A stretch of DNA of 61,616 bases, filler included, from 15 parts of 15 records of this genome joined end to end with filler, not necessarily neighbours in it; one strand, 5' to 3'. Numbered from the whole stretch's first letter, positions 36,787-48,848 are shown. The notes: a model not told the origin generated them from the sequence alone. Numbers and translations: made by a program.

Positions 36787-37747
36787 NNNNNNNNNNNNNN
36801 NNNNNNNNNNNNNNNNNNNNNNNNNNNNNNTTAATTAATTAANNNNNNNNNNNNNNNNNNNNNNNNNNNNNNNNNNNNNNNNNNNNCAGGGAAGGGTGAA
36901 TTCTCGTGCCTCTTCCGGAGGACACCAAAAAGTTCCTGATAAAAACAGTTCCTCATCGAAGATGGCATCGAATCAGGTGATATCAGCATCTCGATTTGAT
37001 GAACTTTGTACTGCTTGAAGTCCCAAAAAGCCCTGACATCGCAAGTGCTGACGTAAACCTTAAGGATCCTGAGACAGGAATTCCCCTTCTGAGGGCGGCA
37101 GAACCAATGCCTGAAGGGTTGATTGTCCGCAAACTGCGTCTTCGCGACCGTGATGATCTCACAGACCCATTCTCACAGGCAATCGGTCGAATACTTGTGG
37201 GACGGCGCGGGACGGGAACGGTGCAGCAGAGATACACTACCAGTACAGTATGGTAGTAGAGTGACTCTTTTACTATGAGTGTACAGTGTACACACACGAT
37301 ACGATACATTCCAGTCAGTACTATTTATATGAACGGCGAAAAAATTGTATTGGAGACTGGTCAGTGGTCAGTAGTCGAATTGATAGTACTGGATCTGGTA
37401 GGTATTTGGCAGCGAGCGTCAGCCATGGCGTCAGTCATGCAGTCAGTCTACCGGGTCAGCAGGCAGGGGTCGCATCGGTCACATTCATACGTGACGCAAT
37501 GACGGAGCCGCCGCCTACTACTACCTTCCACAGCTGCCGAGGTGGGCCCCCTGCGTCTTTCGTCGGGCCCCCTGTTGTGGCGCGGCAAGGAACGGAGGTG
37601 TCGGACCGCTCCGGGGGGGTGCTTGAGGAGAGGGAGTGCTGGAGGGCTGGAGTGGGCGGGGAGTGGAGCACGTGAGGGGTTGACGCAGAACAGCTGTGGG
37701 AGGTTCCGGAGTGAGGAGCCGAGATGGGGAGAGGGGGTCTCAACACG

Positions 37748-38886
37748 ATGGCGACCATGGACACGTTCAGCCTCGATGGCGACACCGGCGAATCGAAAGC
37801 CCTGCTGGACGAGACCGACGATTGGAACGATGCGTACGGCGTTGAGGAAATGTCGGAACTTATAGATGACGATTGGAACGGCCTGCTCATGGGAATGGAA
37901 GAGGCGAATGACATACTGGCGCGTCCTCTAGAAGGTCCAGATGACGCAGCCTCTGACTCGATGCCAGGCTTCAGCCGCAGCGCCTCCGCGCCTAACCTGT
38001 TGGGCATGCCAGGTGCGCCCGGCCGCATCTCTGCCCGCCCGTTGACCTCTCAAACACCGAGCCAACGGCCATACTGAGCGACACTCCTGTGCGTGACGTA
38101 GGTGTGGCAGTGCCAGGGTGGCCCCAGGCTCATGAGGACTCCTGTGCGCCACTGTCGGCGCCTCACAAGGCAAAGGCTAAGCAGAAGAGTGCGCTGGAGC
38201 GGAGCGTATCCACGCCACGTCTTGTCGGTCTCCGGCCCCCCGCCGGCAGGAAATCCGCATCCATGGCAAGAAGTTCCTCGACATCTACCTTGGTCGGGAT
38301 GGAGACCCAAAGAACGCGCGGAGCTGCAGTGCGCCCTAAGGTACACCCCAAGCAAGGACCCAGGCAAGCACCCAGGCAAGCACCCAGGCAAGCACCACCC
38401 AGGCAAGCACCCAAGGTGTCGCCCAAATCGAAACCCGACCCAGACGACGAGCCTTGGTCTGTGTCGTCCGACGAGAGTTGCTCAAATGTTTCGCCCAGAT
38501 CCAAGACAACAAAACGTAGGGTGTCCCGCACTCCTGAAGAGCGGAAGCAAAGACGCCTGGAAACCAACCGCGCTGCGGCAAAGCGTGCGTATTATCGGCG
38601 CCAGGGAAAGATGAACGCCACCAAGCACGAAAACGACTGTCTCCGTAAGCTGACCGAATTGCAAGCCGATCGGATCAAGGTATACGAAGCGGTGCTACGA
38701 GAGGCGGGCTATGATCCGGAAACTGTGGCGAGCCAATCTCCCGCAGTCGCAGCGCGGGCACCGAGCAACAGCACAGGAGACAGCATGCAGGACAAGGAGA
38801 CAGTCAGGGATGATGATTCTGCGCTCCCGACTGCGAACATGACTCGTACGCGGCGTGGGCGCGCTGTGCGACCTGCGAAACGCTAG
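37748..38886 (+). CDS. bZIP-like transcription factor with acidic N-terminus; intron about 38013-38101
   Basis: ERKQRRLETNRAAAKRAYYRR followed by heptads; acidic first exon; in-frame GT-AG splice. Confidence 0.75.
38359..38412 (+). repeat. 12-bp coding tandem repeat CCCAGGCAAGCA x4 (PRQA)
   Basis: Visible directly, with one 3-bp insertion. Confidence 0.9.
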
Positions 38887-39082
38887 GTAGCGGGCTGTGA
38901 CACGGCCGGTGATCCGTGTGATCCCTCTTTCATCGCGAAAGGGAGGTGTGAAATGAGATTCATTAAATAAAGCATCAATGTGGTAAAGCACACTTTCATC
39001 ATGCACTCCCGCATCGCGCCGAGTGATCGATGCAGCACAATTGACCCATCTTCGGCGTGGAGGAGACCGATGACTGACACCA

Positions 39083-41311
39083 CTAGTTGGTGCCGTGCAG
39101 CCTCTGGCCGTTGTATGCCGTCGCAACCCTCTGTGTCACCAAATGTATAACCCATTGCAGCCTGTGGTGTAATGCTCGCCAGCCGGGACTGCAAACAACG
39201 CGTGCCACCAGCCTCGTACCAGGCCCAGCATTAGTGGACTCCACTACACCGCCACTGCGTTCTTTCCGGACACTATTTGCGGCCATCGGCGGATGCTGCT
39301 GGCAGTCAGCGCCAGCCGGCGGTGGGTGTGCATCCGCCCATACAGCGGACGCCGCAATCAATGCATCCTCACCAAATGGCCTCCCGATAAGCATCAACGC
39401 AAACTCTTGCCCTGCGCCCTGGGAGTGGGTGGAATCGTCCTCTTCTCCGCCTTCTTTTCCCTTTCCTTCTTGTGCTTTCGCAGCTTGCTTGGCCGACAGC
39501 CTTTGTTCACCAGTACCATACAGCGGCAGTGTAACTGCAGGACAACACATCATGCGAGCCACGGCTGGGACTGTCAGTTCAATTGTGTCCACATTGCTGT
39601 GGCCAACCGTTGGCCGCAATTGGTGTTTCTCCTCTGTCGGGATCACTGTGCACAGGAGATCGTATTTCGCAAAGAATTCGCCGACTTCCATGTGCAACTG
39701 TCGGTGCTGGTGGCGTTCTTCACGGTTGTAGGCAGGGCGTAATTCGTCTGCGTACTGGGCGTCTACATCCAGTCCGGCTAGCCAGAGTGGTGGGACAACA
39801 CCGATAGCGTAGTGCACTGCCAGGAGACAACAGCCAACCAGCCCAAGAAGCACTGTCACGAATTGCCCTTTAAACACGACCCCGTGCCCTAAGTTCGTGA
39901 GCTGGAGCCAGAAGGACAGCGGCGAGGGCACTGCCTCCACCATCGAATAGTCGGTCTTGTCGATCGGGGCAAAGGTCAGCGCCGCAGTGAGAGCAAGTAT
40001 CGCCATCGCGGACGGATACAGAAGCTGGCGGTGTGCTGTCGCAGCTCTCAGCATCCTGCCACTGTTGTACGTGCGCGCGCACCACGCGTGCACGCAACGA
40101 TTGTTGGTCAGGAGAAGCAAGTTTGATCGATTCACGCGGGAACTGAAGGAGCCGCAGCCGCAGACGAGGCAGGCAACCACGAAGGCAGGCAGGCTTGCAC
40201 GCAGCCACGTACGCACGCTCACTAGCAGGCTGTTGCAAAAGACGCACCTGGCACGTCTGCACTCGGTACCATGGCATCGTTGCAAAAGTGTTGATGGGTT
40301 GCTCAATGCCGGAGTGGCCTTGTCAACCCTGGCCCCGACACCTTCGAACCACTCTGCAGCAGCCTGGCATACTGTTGCGAGCCTCTCATGGCCAGGTGAC
40401 AGCTCCACCGACCAAGCGACCCGTGCTGGCAACGCCTGCGCTTGCCGAGCAACCGCCGTTTTTGGCACAGCCGTACGGTTGAAACCACGGGGCGGCGATA
40501 CTCCTCCACCCTCTGCCGCGGCGCGTCCTTGCGATACCGCACTGCGAGCGCCAGGCAGCCCGGTTGGCTTGGGTGCAGAGCCACCGGCGAGCGACAGCCG
40601 CGGCGGTGGACAAACGCCGGCGTTGCCCCAGCCTTCTGCAGCGTAGAGGCCGTCGTAGAGCAACGCAATGTCGTCAACCCCATGACCCAGCAGAGTAGCA
40701 TGCCAGTGCAACGCAGCGAAGTGCTCGCCATCCGGGTCGATCGTATGTGGTATTGTCGCCGGCGTGGGATGAAGGGCAACAATCCCGGCAGCTGCTGCGG
40801 TGCCGAGCACGGCACCGCAAGTAGTGTCAACGACGATCCCAACCGGTGCGTTGCCGCAGGCCACCGCCGCAACGGCGCCGCTGCCCACACCGGGGCCCGC
40901 GTTGCTCACTCCGACTAGAACAGCTCCTCTGAGCGCGAGACACTCCGTCACTGGGTGAGTCACGACCTCACCCGGTCTGATCGACTCACTGAGCCCGGAC
41001 GCGACCCCCCATCGGCGCCAGCACGCGGAACAGAGTGACCCATCCACCAAGATCGGCACTCCGTACAGAACATCTTGGCTCCGTGCGTCTGCGTCCGCTT
41101 GCAGCCGCGCCGCATCGTCTCGCGCAATATCGCCGCAGCTGACAAAACCAGGCAGCTCCGTAGCTCGAGCGCGTGCCAGAGCGTCCTCCACCCACGCCAC
41201 AGGCGACGGCCGCTCGGCGCTTGCGAGCACGGCCGTCGCAGAGCGCCTCCACAGCGCCTCCTCAGGCCGCTCGCCGCAGCTCTCGTCCACCTCGGCCGCC
41301 ATAATCGCCAT
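39083..41311 (-). CDS. Degenerate amidase-signature-family protein with inserted transmembrane segments (probable in-frame intron near 40060-40270)
   Basis: LYGVPILV, LRGAVLVGVSN, GAVAAVA, GIVALHPT, FFAKYDLL, PAVTLP, LMLIGRPFGEDALI follow the amidase fold order. Confidence 0.7.
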   Translation of the reverse strand: MAIMAAEVDESCGERPEEALWRRSATAVLASAERPSPVAWVEDALARARATELPGFVSCGDIARDDAARLQADADARSQDVLYGVPILVDGSLCSACWRRWGVASGLSESIRPGEVVTHPVTECLALRGAVLVGVSNAGPGVGSGAVAAVACGNAPVGIVVDTTCGAVLGTAAAAGIVALHPTPATIPHTIDPDGEHFAALHWHATLLGHGVDDIALLYDGLYAAEGWGNAGVCPPPRLSLAGGSAPKPTGLPGARSAVSQGRAAAEGGGVSPPRGFNRTAVPKTAVARQAQALPARVAWSVELSPGHERLATVCQAAAEWFEGVGARVDKATPALSNPSTLLQRCHGTECRRARCVFCNSLLVSVRTWLRASLPAFVVACLVCGCGSFSSRVNRSNLLLLTNNRCVHAWCARTYNSGRMLRAATAHRQLLYPSAMAILALTAALTFAPIDKTDYSMVEAVPSPLSFWLQLTNLGHGVVFKGQFVTVLLGLVGCCLLAVHYAIGVVPPLWLAGLDVDAQYADELRPAYNREERHQHRQLHMEVGEFFAKYDLLCTVIPTEEKHQLRPTVGHSNVDTIELTVPAVARMMCCPAVTLPLYGTGEQRLSAKQAAKAQEGKGKEGGEEDDSTHSQGAGQEFALMLIGRPFGEDALIAASAVWADAHPPPAGADCQQHPPMAANSVRKERSGGVVESTNAGPGTRLVARVVCSPGWRALHHRLQWVIHLVTQRVATAYNGQRLHGTN

Positions 41312-41547
41312 CCGGGACCCAGTCCCCAGTGATTTCTCGGTGAGCCTCTCGAGANNNNNNNNNNNNNNNNNNNNNNNNNNNNNNNNNNNNNNNNNNNNTT
41401 AATTAATTAANNNNNNNNNNNNNNNNNNNNNNNNNNNNNNNNNNNNNNNNNNNNGCCTGTCTACTCTACAGTACCCTCCTGCGGTATCTCCACTCCCCTA
41501 TGGCATTCCTCTCGTGTGGTATTGCTGTGGCACTGCCTGCGTCTCAC

Positions 41548-41673
41548 ATCGCCCGGTTCGCCCAGCTCCAGGTCATCCCTCCACTCCGGCGGCGTTGGCC
41601 TAGCCACAGCCGAGCCACCACCGCCGCCGCCACCCGCATCCGCTCTACCCGCAGAGCTCTGCTCGGCGCCCAT
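41548..41673 (-). CDS. First exon of an unknown gene with a likely N-myristoylation signal; truncated by contig end
   Basis: MGAEQSS start followed by a GTGAG donor. Confidence 0.5.
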
Positions 41674-42419
41674 CCGCCCTTAAGCGTTATAATGCGCCAT
41701 CAGCCGTTCTCGCCGGGCGTTATTGGCGGGCGTGACGTCCAGGCGCCATCGGCCGTTCTCGCCAGCCGTTATGCGTTATTGGAGGCGGTGCCGAAGAACA
41801 GGCCGCCGTTTTTGATTGAGAGAGAATACAGAATTCCTGTCTTTTGTTTTTTTGGTTTTTTTCAAGTGGTACGGAGGACTCATTCAGACTCTCGCGGATA
41901 CGTGGAGAGAACAGCGATGCCCTCCTCGAAAATACCCGCTTGCGATACGGAAATCACTATGAGAACAGCGGGTCTGAAATGATCACAGAGTCGTTTCTGA
42001 CGCGTTTGTTTCGGCGCGTTCCGCTACTGAAAGTAGGGGTGTTTTGACTCCGCTGACCGGGGATGGAATCGGATCACAGCGACAGTTTCTGAGTTTCTGC
42101 AACCTGGTCAGTCATTCTAGTCAACTTCTCGAACTTCAGGGCATCAGGAGGGAGGGGAAAACAGCAGGTGAGTACAGTACAATTCGAATATGAATAGTAT
42201 CTCGAATTCATCCAATGGACAGGCCACCCACGCTACTAGTGCGCTGCACCAAAACGCCAGCGAGGCGCTTACAAGCGCCCCCACCGGCGCGCAATCCAGG
42301 CCCTGGGCCGCGATGCCAAAGTGCACTGCCGCGCCAGTCAAGCGCAGCCGAACGCATACTAGTAGTAGAGCTCTCGTCAGCAACAACGAGCGCCACGCGC
42401 CATAATTATTCGCGCCACA

Positions 42420-45005
42420 CTAGTCGTCGCTACCAACGTGCTTGTCGATGCGCACAAAGCGGGCCGACTCAGAGCCCATGGGTAAATATCCAACTGGAAC
42501 GCGGCAGAACAGGCGAACCTGTTGTGTGAGCTTCGCGTGCTTCAGCCGCACCTCCTCCCCTAGGTCTCGGCTCGCACGGTCATCCGAGACCACCACACCA
42601 GCAGTGGCATCCACGGTCTCCGTCACCACTGCGTCACCGTCTCCCGTGGCTGACGAGGGCCGCTGCTGCAGCTTTAGCACCAACCATTCTCTTGCCGTGT
42701 ACAGCCGGTCCATTAGCTGCACGATCGGAGCTGTCGCAAGCTGAAGCCCGTAGTTATCGTCCGCGTTCGTCGCAGACAGAAACTCGTAGATACTCAAGGC
42801 CAAGTAAGCTTGTTCATGATCGTCGGACGCAATGGACAGAAGAGCAATCTTTCCCAGTGCCTCAACGCATGTGACGCGCACCTGCCACGCCGAAAATGTC
42901 GCAGCATGCTGGAGCCGCAGCAGCAAATCAAGCTCTGGCTCCGACTTTGGCCCGGTACCGAGCCGCATAGCTGCACACAGCGTCGGCGCATGTTCCCCAA
43001 GGAACCACAACACTGCCTGCTGCAACCGCACTGACACCATTTGCATCTCCACCACTCGTCGTGCTCCTGGCACTCCTTCACCCGCCTCGACGGCTCCCAC
43101 AGCCAAACCAGTCGCACGGTCGGCGATGCGAACCAGCGAACGAAATAGGCATGCCTGGCACCCCCGCACCCCACTGGTGCCGCCAGCCTCGCTACCTCCG
43201 TCACCCCTGACGGCGTCGCCGAAGCTTGCCCGGGACGTGGAGACCTCCTGTGCTGCATCTGCAGGTGATGAGCCGGGGTCCGTCATGACTGCACCACCCG
43301 CTACGTTTGTATGACTACCGCTCTCTTCGGTGGCCATGTGGACAACCCTCTCCCAGGCCGCGACAAGAATATCCGTGTCTATTAGCTCTCCCGCTTCCAG
43401 GCACCAGCGTGCTAGCAAGTTCAGTACCCACTCGATAACAGCCGCCGCCGTCGCACTCACGTCTGCTCCAAGCGCGCCACTATCAAGTTGTGTAGTCGCC
43501 GCTCCCAGTCGATCGCACAGGCACCCGAGCAAATGATGCGCGAGACTATCCGGTATCGTCACAGGCCCCAGCTGAGTTGATCTTGATGAACGGTCTGTTG
43601 CCTGTTCACGCAGCCCGCTGATGATCAGCTGTGACGTCTCGCTTAGCTCCGTCGCCGTGATGAGCCAAATCAGCGCCTTGATTACCTCACCTCTGACGTA
43701 GCTGCAGTCGACCACGGTTGCAAGGAAACGCAGTCGATGGCTTAGGCTTGTTTGAAGCATCTGCTGAAACTCCATTTGTCGATCGCGACCAGAAGGGATC
43801 GTTGAGAGCGTTCTTGCCACCAAGGAGATCGTTCTGCAAGTCGCATGTAGCATTGGTCGGTTGAGCCTGCCATCCTGAGCCTGGGCAATGAGAGCTTCCA
43901 ACCTACTTGCAATCGCCTGCTGCTGTGGCGCGTGGAGCGACGGCCAGTGGTTCTGCAGTAGCCACTGCGTTGACTGCAAAAATTCTCGGTCTGGCGTTTG
44001 TGGTGAGGTCATGCTCATTAGCTTCTGCAAGAAATGTTCTCGCTGCTCGGGCAGCAAGCTGCTGTTTGTGGCCAACCCATCACACAGCCGGATGTAATAG
44101 ACTTTTGCCAAAGGGTCGGTCAGCCGCGAATGAAAATGATCGTCGCATTCACGTACGAATTCGGCAATCCGTATGGGGTCGTCTTCAGCTGCTTTTAACA
44201 TCAGCGCGACGCCGTGGCGTGCACCAACGGGATCGCGCGCAGTGGCGGCAGCACGTAGGATGCCAGTGAGCACTATGGAGTCGAGCTGCGAGGCCTGCCC
44301 AGCACTTTGGGCGCTGGCACGCTGGAATCCATGATCAAGTAGCAGCTGCGAAGGCCGCTGACGGATCGCTGCCATACACGCATATTGCATGCACGCGTTG
44401 GTGACGGCGTCGTTGCGGCTCTGAGCCCCTGCTGTTGCCTGAGATTCCACATCGTTGAGTACTGATTGAATGTGCTTCTGCAGGTCCGTGCGCACATCCG
44501 AGTCTGATGCAGCCACGGACAGCGTTCGCAGCGCGATGAGCCGTCGATTCACCTGCTTGTGCACCACCTGCTTCGCGAGCAGCGCTTTCATCTGCATGTT
44601 CGCCAGTTTCGTCTGTGGCGGTAAGTTCGAGGCGAAATAATGCGCGAGCCGCAGCACCAGGCGACCATCTTTGTCGCTCGATTGGATATTGCCGTGCATG
44701 ATTAGGTTGACCATGGTCTGAAGCAGCGCCGGATCAGCGTCAAAGAAGCACAGGTGCTGGATGGCCTCGCTCAGCTGCTTAGATGACTTTAGCACGGCGC
44801 CTTTTTCTTGCAGATCCTGCAGCAGAGCCTCGAAAGTCTTGCCGCACACAAGCATAGCCTTTCTCTGCATGTTGGCTGACGCATGCCCAGCCAAGCCCCC
44901 CTCGAGCCGCGAATCGCATAGGAAGGCCACGGGCCTATCCGAAGCGATGGGCACCAGCGCCGCTTGCAGCGTAGTCGATGCCTCCGTGTCCATGCCGCTC
45001 TCCAT
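42420..45005 (-). CDS. TSET/TPLATE complex large subunit, TSAUCER/TASH3-like alpha-solenoid
   Basis: Intronless ~860 aa; DPVGARH, DPLAKVYYIRLC, VRGEVIKALIW, WFLGEHA, LQHAATFSAWQVRV..VEALGKIA...LSIYEFL resemble plant TASH3 as I recall it. Confidence 0.65.
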   Translation of the reverse strand: MESGMDTEASTTLQAALVPIASDRPVAFLCDSRLEGGLAGHASANMQRKAMLVCGKTFEALLQDLQEKGAVLKSSKQLSEAIQHLCFFDADPALLQTMVNLIMHGNIQSSDKDGRLVLRLAHYFASNLPPQTKLANMQMKALLAKQVVHKQVNRRLIALRTLSVAASDSDVRTDLQKHIQSVLNDVESQATAGAQSRNDAVTNACMQYACMAAIRQRPSQLLLDHGFQRASAQSAGQASQLDSIVLTGILRAAATARDPVGARHGVALMLKAAEDDPIRIAEFVRECDDHFHSRLTDPLAKVYYIRLCDGLATNSSLLPEQREHFLQKLMSMTSPQTPDREFLQSTQWLLQNHWPSLHAPQQQAIASRLEALIAQAQDGRLNRPMLHATCRTISLVARTLSTIPSGRDRQMEFQQMLQTSLSHRLRFLATVVDCSYVRGEVIKALIWLITATELSETSQLIISGLREQATDRSSRSTQLGPVTIPDSLAHHLLGCLCDRLGAATTQLDSGALGADVSATAAAVIEWVLNLLARWCLEAGELIDTDILVAAWERVVHMATEESGSHTNVAGGAVMTDPGSSPADAAQEVSTSRASFGDAVRGDGGSEAGGTSGVRGCQACLFRSLVRIADRATGLAVGAVEAGEGVPGARRVVEMQMVSVRLQQAVLWFLGEHAPTLCAAMRLGTGPKSEPELDLLLRLQHAATFSAWQVRVTCVEALGKIALLSIASDDHEQAYLALSIYEFLSATNADDNYGLQLATAPIVQLMDRLYTAREWLVLKLQQRPSSATGDGDAVVTETVDATAGVVVSDDRASRDLGEEVRLKHAKLTQQVRLFCRVPVGYLPMGSESARFVRIDKHVGSDD

Positions 45006-45415
45006 GCCGCTGCGGCTCAAAGCGCCCAGCGTTTCCGCCGGCCCCTCCCACCTTTTCCGTTCCTCTCTCCTCTTCCCCCACGGCAGGCAGCAGGTCGTAC
45101 GTGTTCTGCTACTCCTCTCTGAGCCGCCTCCCGCTCATTTGTCCCGGACTCGCCACCGTCCACCCAACCAAGGAATGTGCAATGTTACCTGGGTACTATA
45201 CTCGAGTTACTTGTTAGTCATGTTCGTGAACAATCTGATTACACGGTACTGGACTGGAACCGAGTCTGACCAAGTTTGCTCATGAAGCGGCGCAGAGAAT
45301 CCTAACCCGGCTAGCNNNNNNNNNNNNNNNNNNNNNNNNNNNNNNNNNNNNNNNNNNNNTTAATTAATTAANNNNNNNNNNNNNNNNNNNNNNNNNNNNN
45401 NNNNNNNNNNNNNNN

Positions 45416-45711
45416 TGCTACGCTTTCGTTCATCAAGCATGGTGCAGTCATTTACGGCCGCAGACCCAACCACCGTTTCCATGGACATGTTTGGTGCCAA
45501 GGTGACAGTCTTTGCCAACACGGGAGCATCAGGAAGTACTATGGCAATGGCCGAGTTCATGTATACACGACTTGGTGAGGCTGGAAAGTTGACAAATTAC
45601 CAGGAGGTTCAGCGAGGAATGGGTCTTGCTGTCGCTGTCACGGCGACCGGCCTGACAGTCACGACGACAACAGACGCGTACATTACGGTAGTGTCGATGC
45701 TCATGTTCTAA
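45416..45711 (+). CDS. 3' end of an unknown gene
   Basis: Open frame from the contig edge to TAA at 45711, convergent with the next gene. Confidence 0.4.
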
Positions 45712-45812
45712 AGAGCAAAAACTCTTTCCTGTTTACCACAATAACATGACTTGCTGGCATTTGAGGTCTGCTACTAGTGCAACGGTGACGCTTTACACAG
45801 TGGCTGTTCATT

Positions 45813-48748
45813 TTACACCACATAAGAAACTGTTTTAGCTTCGCTACGCCGGCGGTTGCTTAGGCTGCTCCTGCCTGGACTGCTGAGTCGATCATACAAG
45901 CCTCCACCGCCCGCTTGCTTTTTCTGCCTGCGCTGCGACCCCGCGCGAGGTGTGCCGGATCTTGGCGTTGAACGGCCACGCTTGGATCCTGCGGGAGAGG
46001 ACGCACGGATACTTGCTGTAGACACTCTCTTCGCCCCCGACGTGCGCTCGTTCACAACGTTGTTCCCACGGTCTCGCGCCTCCTGTTCCTGTTGCTGTGC
46101 CGGCACCAACGACTTGGGTTGCTGGCGATGATCCGTTGTCGTTGTTCTCGACGTCGAAGTGTAAGATCGTGTTGCCTGCTGAACAACCCTGGCGTCTGGT
46201 GCAGCATGTACAGCACTGGTATCCGCTGCGGGCTCCGCAGTGAGACCCGCTGTTACCTCAGCTGCAGCCTGCTCCTCAACTCGTTTCTTGGCATTTAAAA
46301 AAGCAATCGGTGCTCCTTTGGAGAAAGAGTCTCTGTCCATCGTATTTCGTCGAGCTCGACGGAGCCTCTGGATGTGCGCTGATTCGCCCATCCGACCGCT
46401 AGGCCTTCGACTCGCGCCCTTGGGAGTCGGGGCCCCATTCGTGATTGTTGTTTCGTTTTCGGCTGCATTCGCCAACGTGCGAGAGTGCTGCAGCTGGTCA
46501 GCAGCCCTACAAGGCGTGCCACTCGCTGATTCGCTTAGTCCTGAGCTAGGTGCCGCCACCGCTACCGCTACTGTAGCGTGAGCATTCGCTTGCGTACGCA
46601 GTTGTGCGATTTTCGTGTCCTTGTCGACACTGGCCTGTCGCAGTTGCTGAACTTCTGCCTTTGACACAAGAAGCTGCTGCTTCAGCTGTGCAATCGTGCA
46701 ATTCGCAGCTTCCCTCTCCGATGTGTCTGACAAGCGACTTTGATATGCGTCGCGCTCATCTGCCGTTGTGACCAATTCCTCTTCAAGCTCCTCAATCGTT
46801 TGACGCAGCTCTTTCACTTGCTCATCTGACGTCTGCTTGTGACTCTCAAGCATCTTGCGCACCTCAGTCGCAACCTCGCGCTGACCTTGAGCAAGTGCCT
46901 CAGCACCTGCCAGCTGTGCCTGCACTTGGTCTTTCTCCTCAGCAAGCGCTTGCAATTTGTGCTTCAATTCTCTGATCTCAGTCTGATCCCGCCTGCCGCT
47001 GTCATTTCGCAATGCAGCCTCGGCTTCCGAGGTCGCTCGGGCAGTGCGCAAATCTGACTCCAGCTGTTCGCAACGTTGTGTCAGCTCGCGTTCGCGCTGC
47101 TTTGCGCCATCTACTCCATCCGCGGCAGATTGCTGGGCAGCAGCAATCTGGCCCGTCAATTCTTGTATCGCGTGTGTTTTCTCTTCAATATCTGCAGCAT
47201 GCTGGTCTGATTGCAGCGCCATTTCCTCCAGCTTGCTCTCCAACTCGACCACACGAGACTCTGCCTGCAGACGTTCCTGGTCAATACACCGTCGCAGCGT
47301 GTCCACAAATGCACGACGGCACTCCACCAGTGTCTGCCGAGACTTGAATCGAGTCCAGCCTGAAGATATGGTATACGCAGCGGTGTGCTGGGGCAAAGAC
47401 TGAGAGATCTTTCGTTCAGCTTCTAGTTTAGAGGCAGTCTCGCGAAGCTGACCTTCGGTTAGACGCTCGTTACGCTGCAGCTCTTCGAATTCATTCTGCA
47501 GTTGACCATACGCTGCAGCTCGTTCTGCGTCCTTGGACAGCAACTTCTTTTCCCGTACCCCAGCCGCTTCCAAGTCTGCTTCGGAGTCCTGTAGACGCTT
47601 TCGCAGGTCGTTTGCTTCTTCCGTCAGGTTGCCGTTTGTCTTGCTTTCCTGCTCCAGGCGACTTTCAATCTCAAGCAGCCTATGTGTTGCGCTGGCTTGC
47701 TCGGAAGATAACTTGTCGGCAGCAGCAAGCCGGTCGCTAGCTAACGCTAGCGAGGCCTGTGCATCGGCTAGATCTTCAGATGTCGCGGCGTGCTGCTCTT
47801 GTTCTGCCTCTAAAGACGCCTGGGCGATATCAGCGTCGACGCGCAACTCAGTTTGCTTGGTTCTAGCTTCGTCGCGCTCACGTTCCAACTCCGCCAACTT
47901 TCGCTGCTGCGCCTGCAGCCGCAGGTACACTGTCCCATCGATCGGTGCATCCGCTGAATAAACACCAGATGCCACCGTCCGCTCCTGCTCGCGCATAGCC
48001 TTCTCCTGAAGTTTCAGCTGTCTGTTCAGCTCTACTTTCTGTTGTACAACGTTCTTCGTCTTGTTCTCTGAAGCTCGCAAAGCGGAGCTGAGGCGCTTGA
48101 CATGTTTCTCCATGCTCTCCACCTCAGCCCGAAAGGCTTCTTTCTCGGTGGACCACGTCCGAGCCTGTGACCTGAGCTGCTCCACCTCTGCGCGCAGCTT
48201 GGTAGCAGTCGGCGGGACGGCGCCGAGGCTAGAGCGACGTGTAATGGCGCTCTTCTTCCGCCCCTCGCCGCTCAGTTTGCGACGTTCACTATCCACCTCA
48301 GCGCGCATCTTCTTTTGCAGGCGTGCCAAGTCCTTGGCGGCGCGCTTGCTTGCTGCAGCCGCCTGCTGGCTGCTCGTTTTTACGTGCTGCTCAAGCTCGT
48401 AATTTTGTGGCGAATAGAGCACGGCGTCGAGCAGCCCGACAGCGTTTGGACCATTGGCCTCAGGCGAAACGGCGCCCGCGGCAGGAGCGTCGCCGCTTGC
48501 TTGCTGCGTCTCCACGCACAGCTCTACCGTCGCGTCGTCGCCACCGTCGGCCCCAGTCACCAACTTCTCCGTGCTCTCCTGCTTGTGGGCCGCAATGCTC
48601 GCGGTACTGTCACCGTTCTCGCCTTTACTCTCAATGGAAACCTGCTTCTCCATCTCCGCAAAGTCCATGAGGGCCTCAGCATCGACGTCGTCCCGCTGCT
48701 GCTTCGCGGGAGACGCTGCTGGATCCGCGGGAGACGCTGTTGTATCCG
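45813..48748 (-). CDS. Long coiled-coil protein with basic disordered C-terminus; possibly 5' partial
   Basis: 951+ aa intronless ORF with continuous E/Q/A/L heptads. Confidence 0.8.
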
Positions 48749-48848
48749 NNNNNNNNNNNNNNNNNNNNNNNNNNNNNNNNNNNNNNNNNNNNTTAATTAA
48801 TTAANNNNNNNNNNNNNNNNNNNNNNNNNNNNNNNNNNNNNNNNNNNN

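Noticed and set aside
36887-37256. Short open frames at the contig start
   Set aside because: Strand and frame ambiguous, no motif
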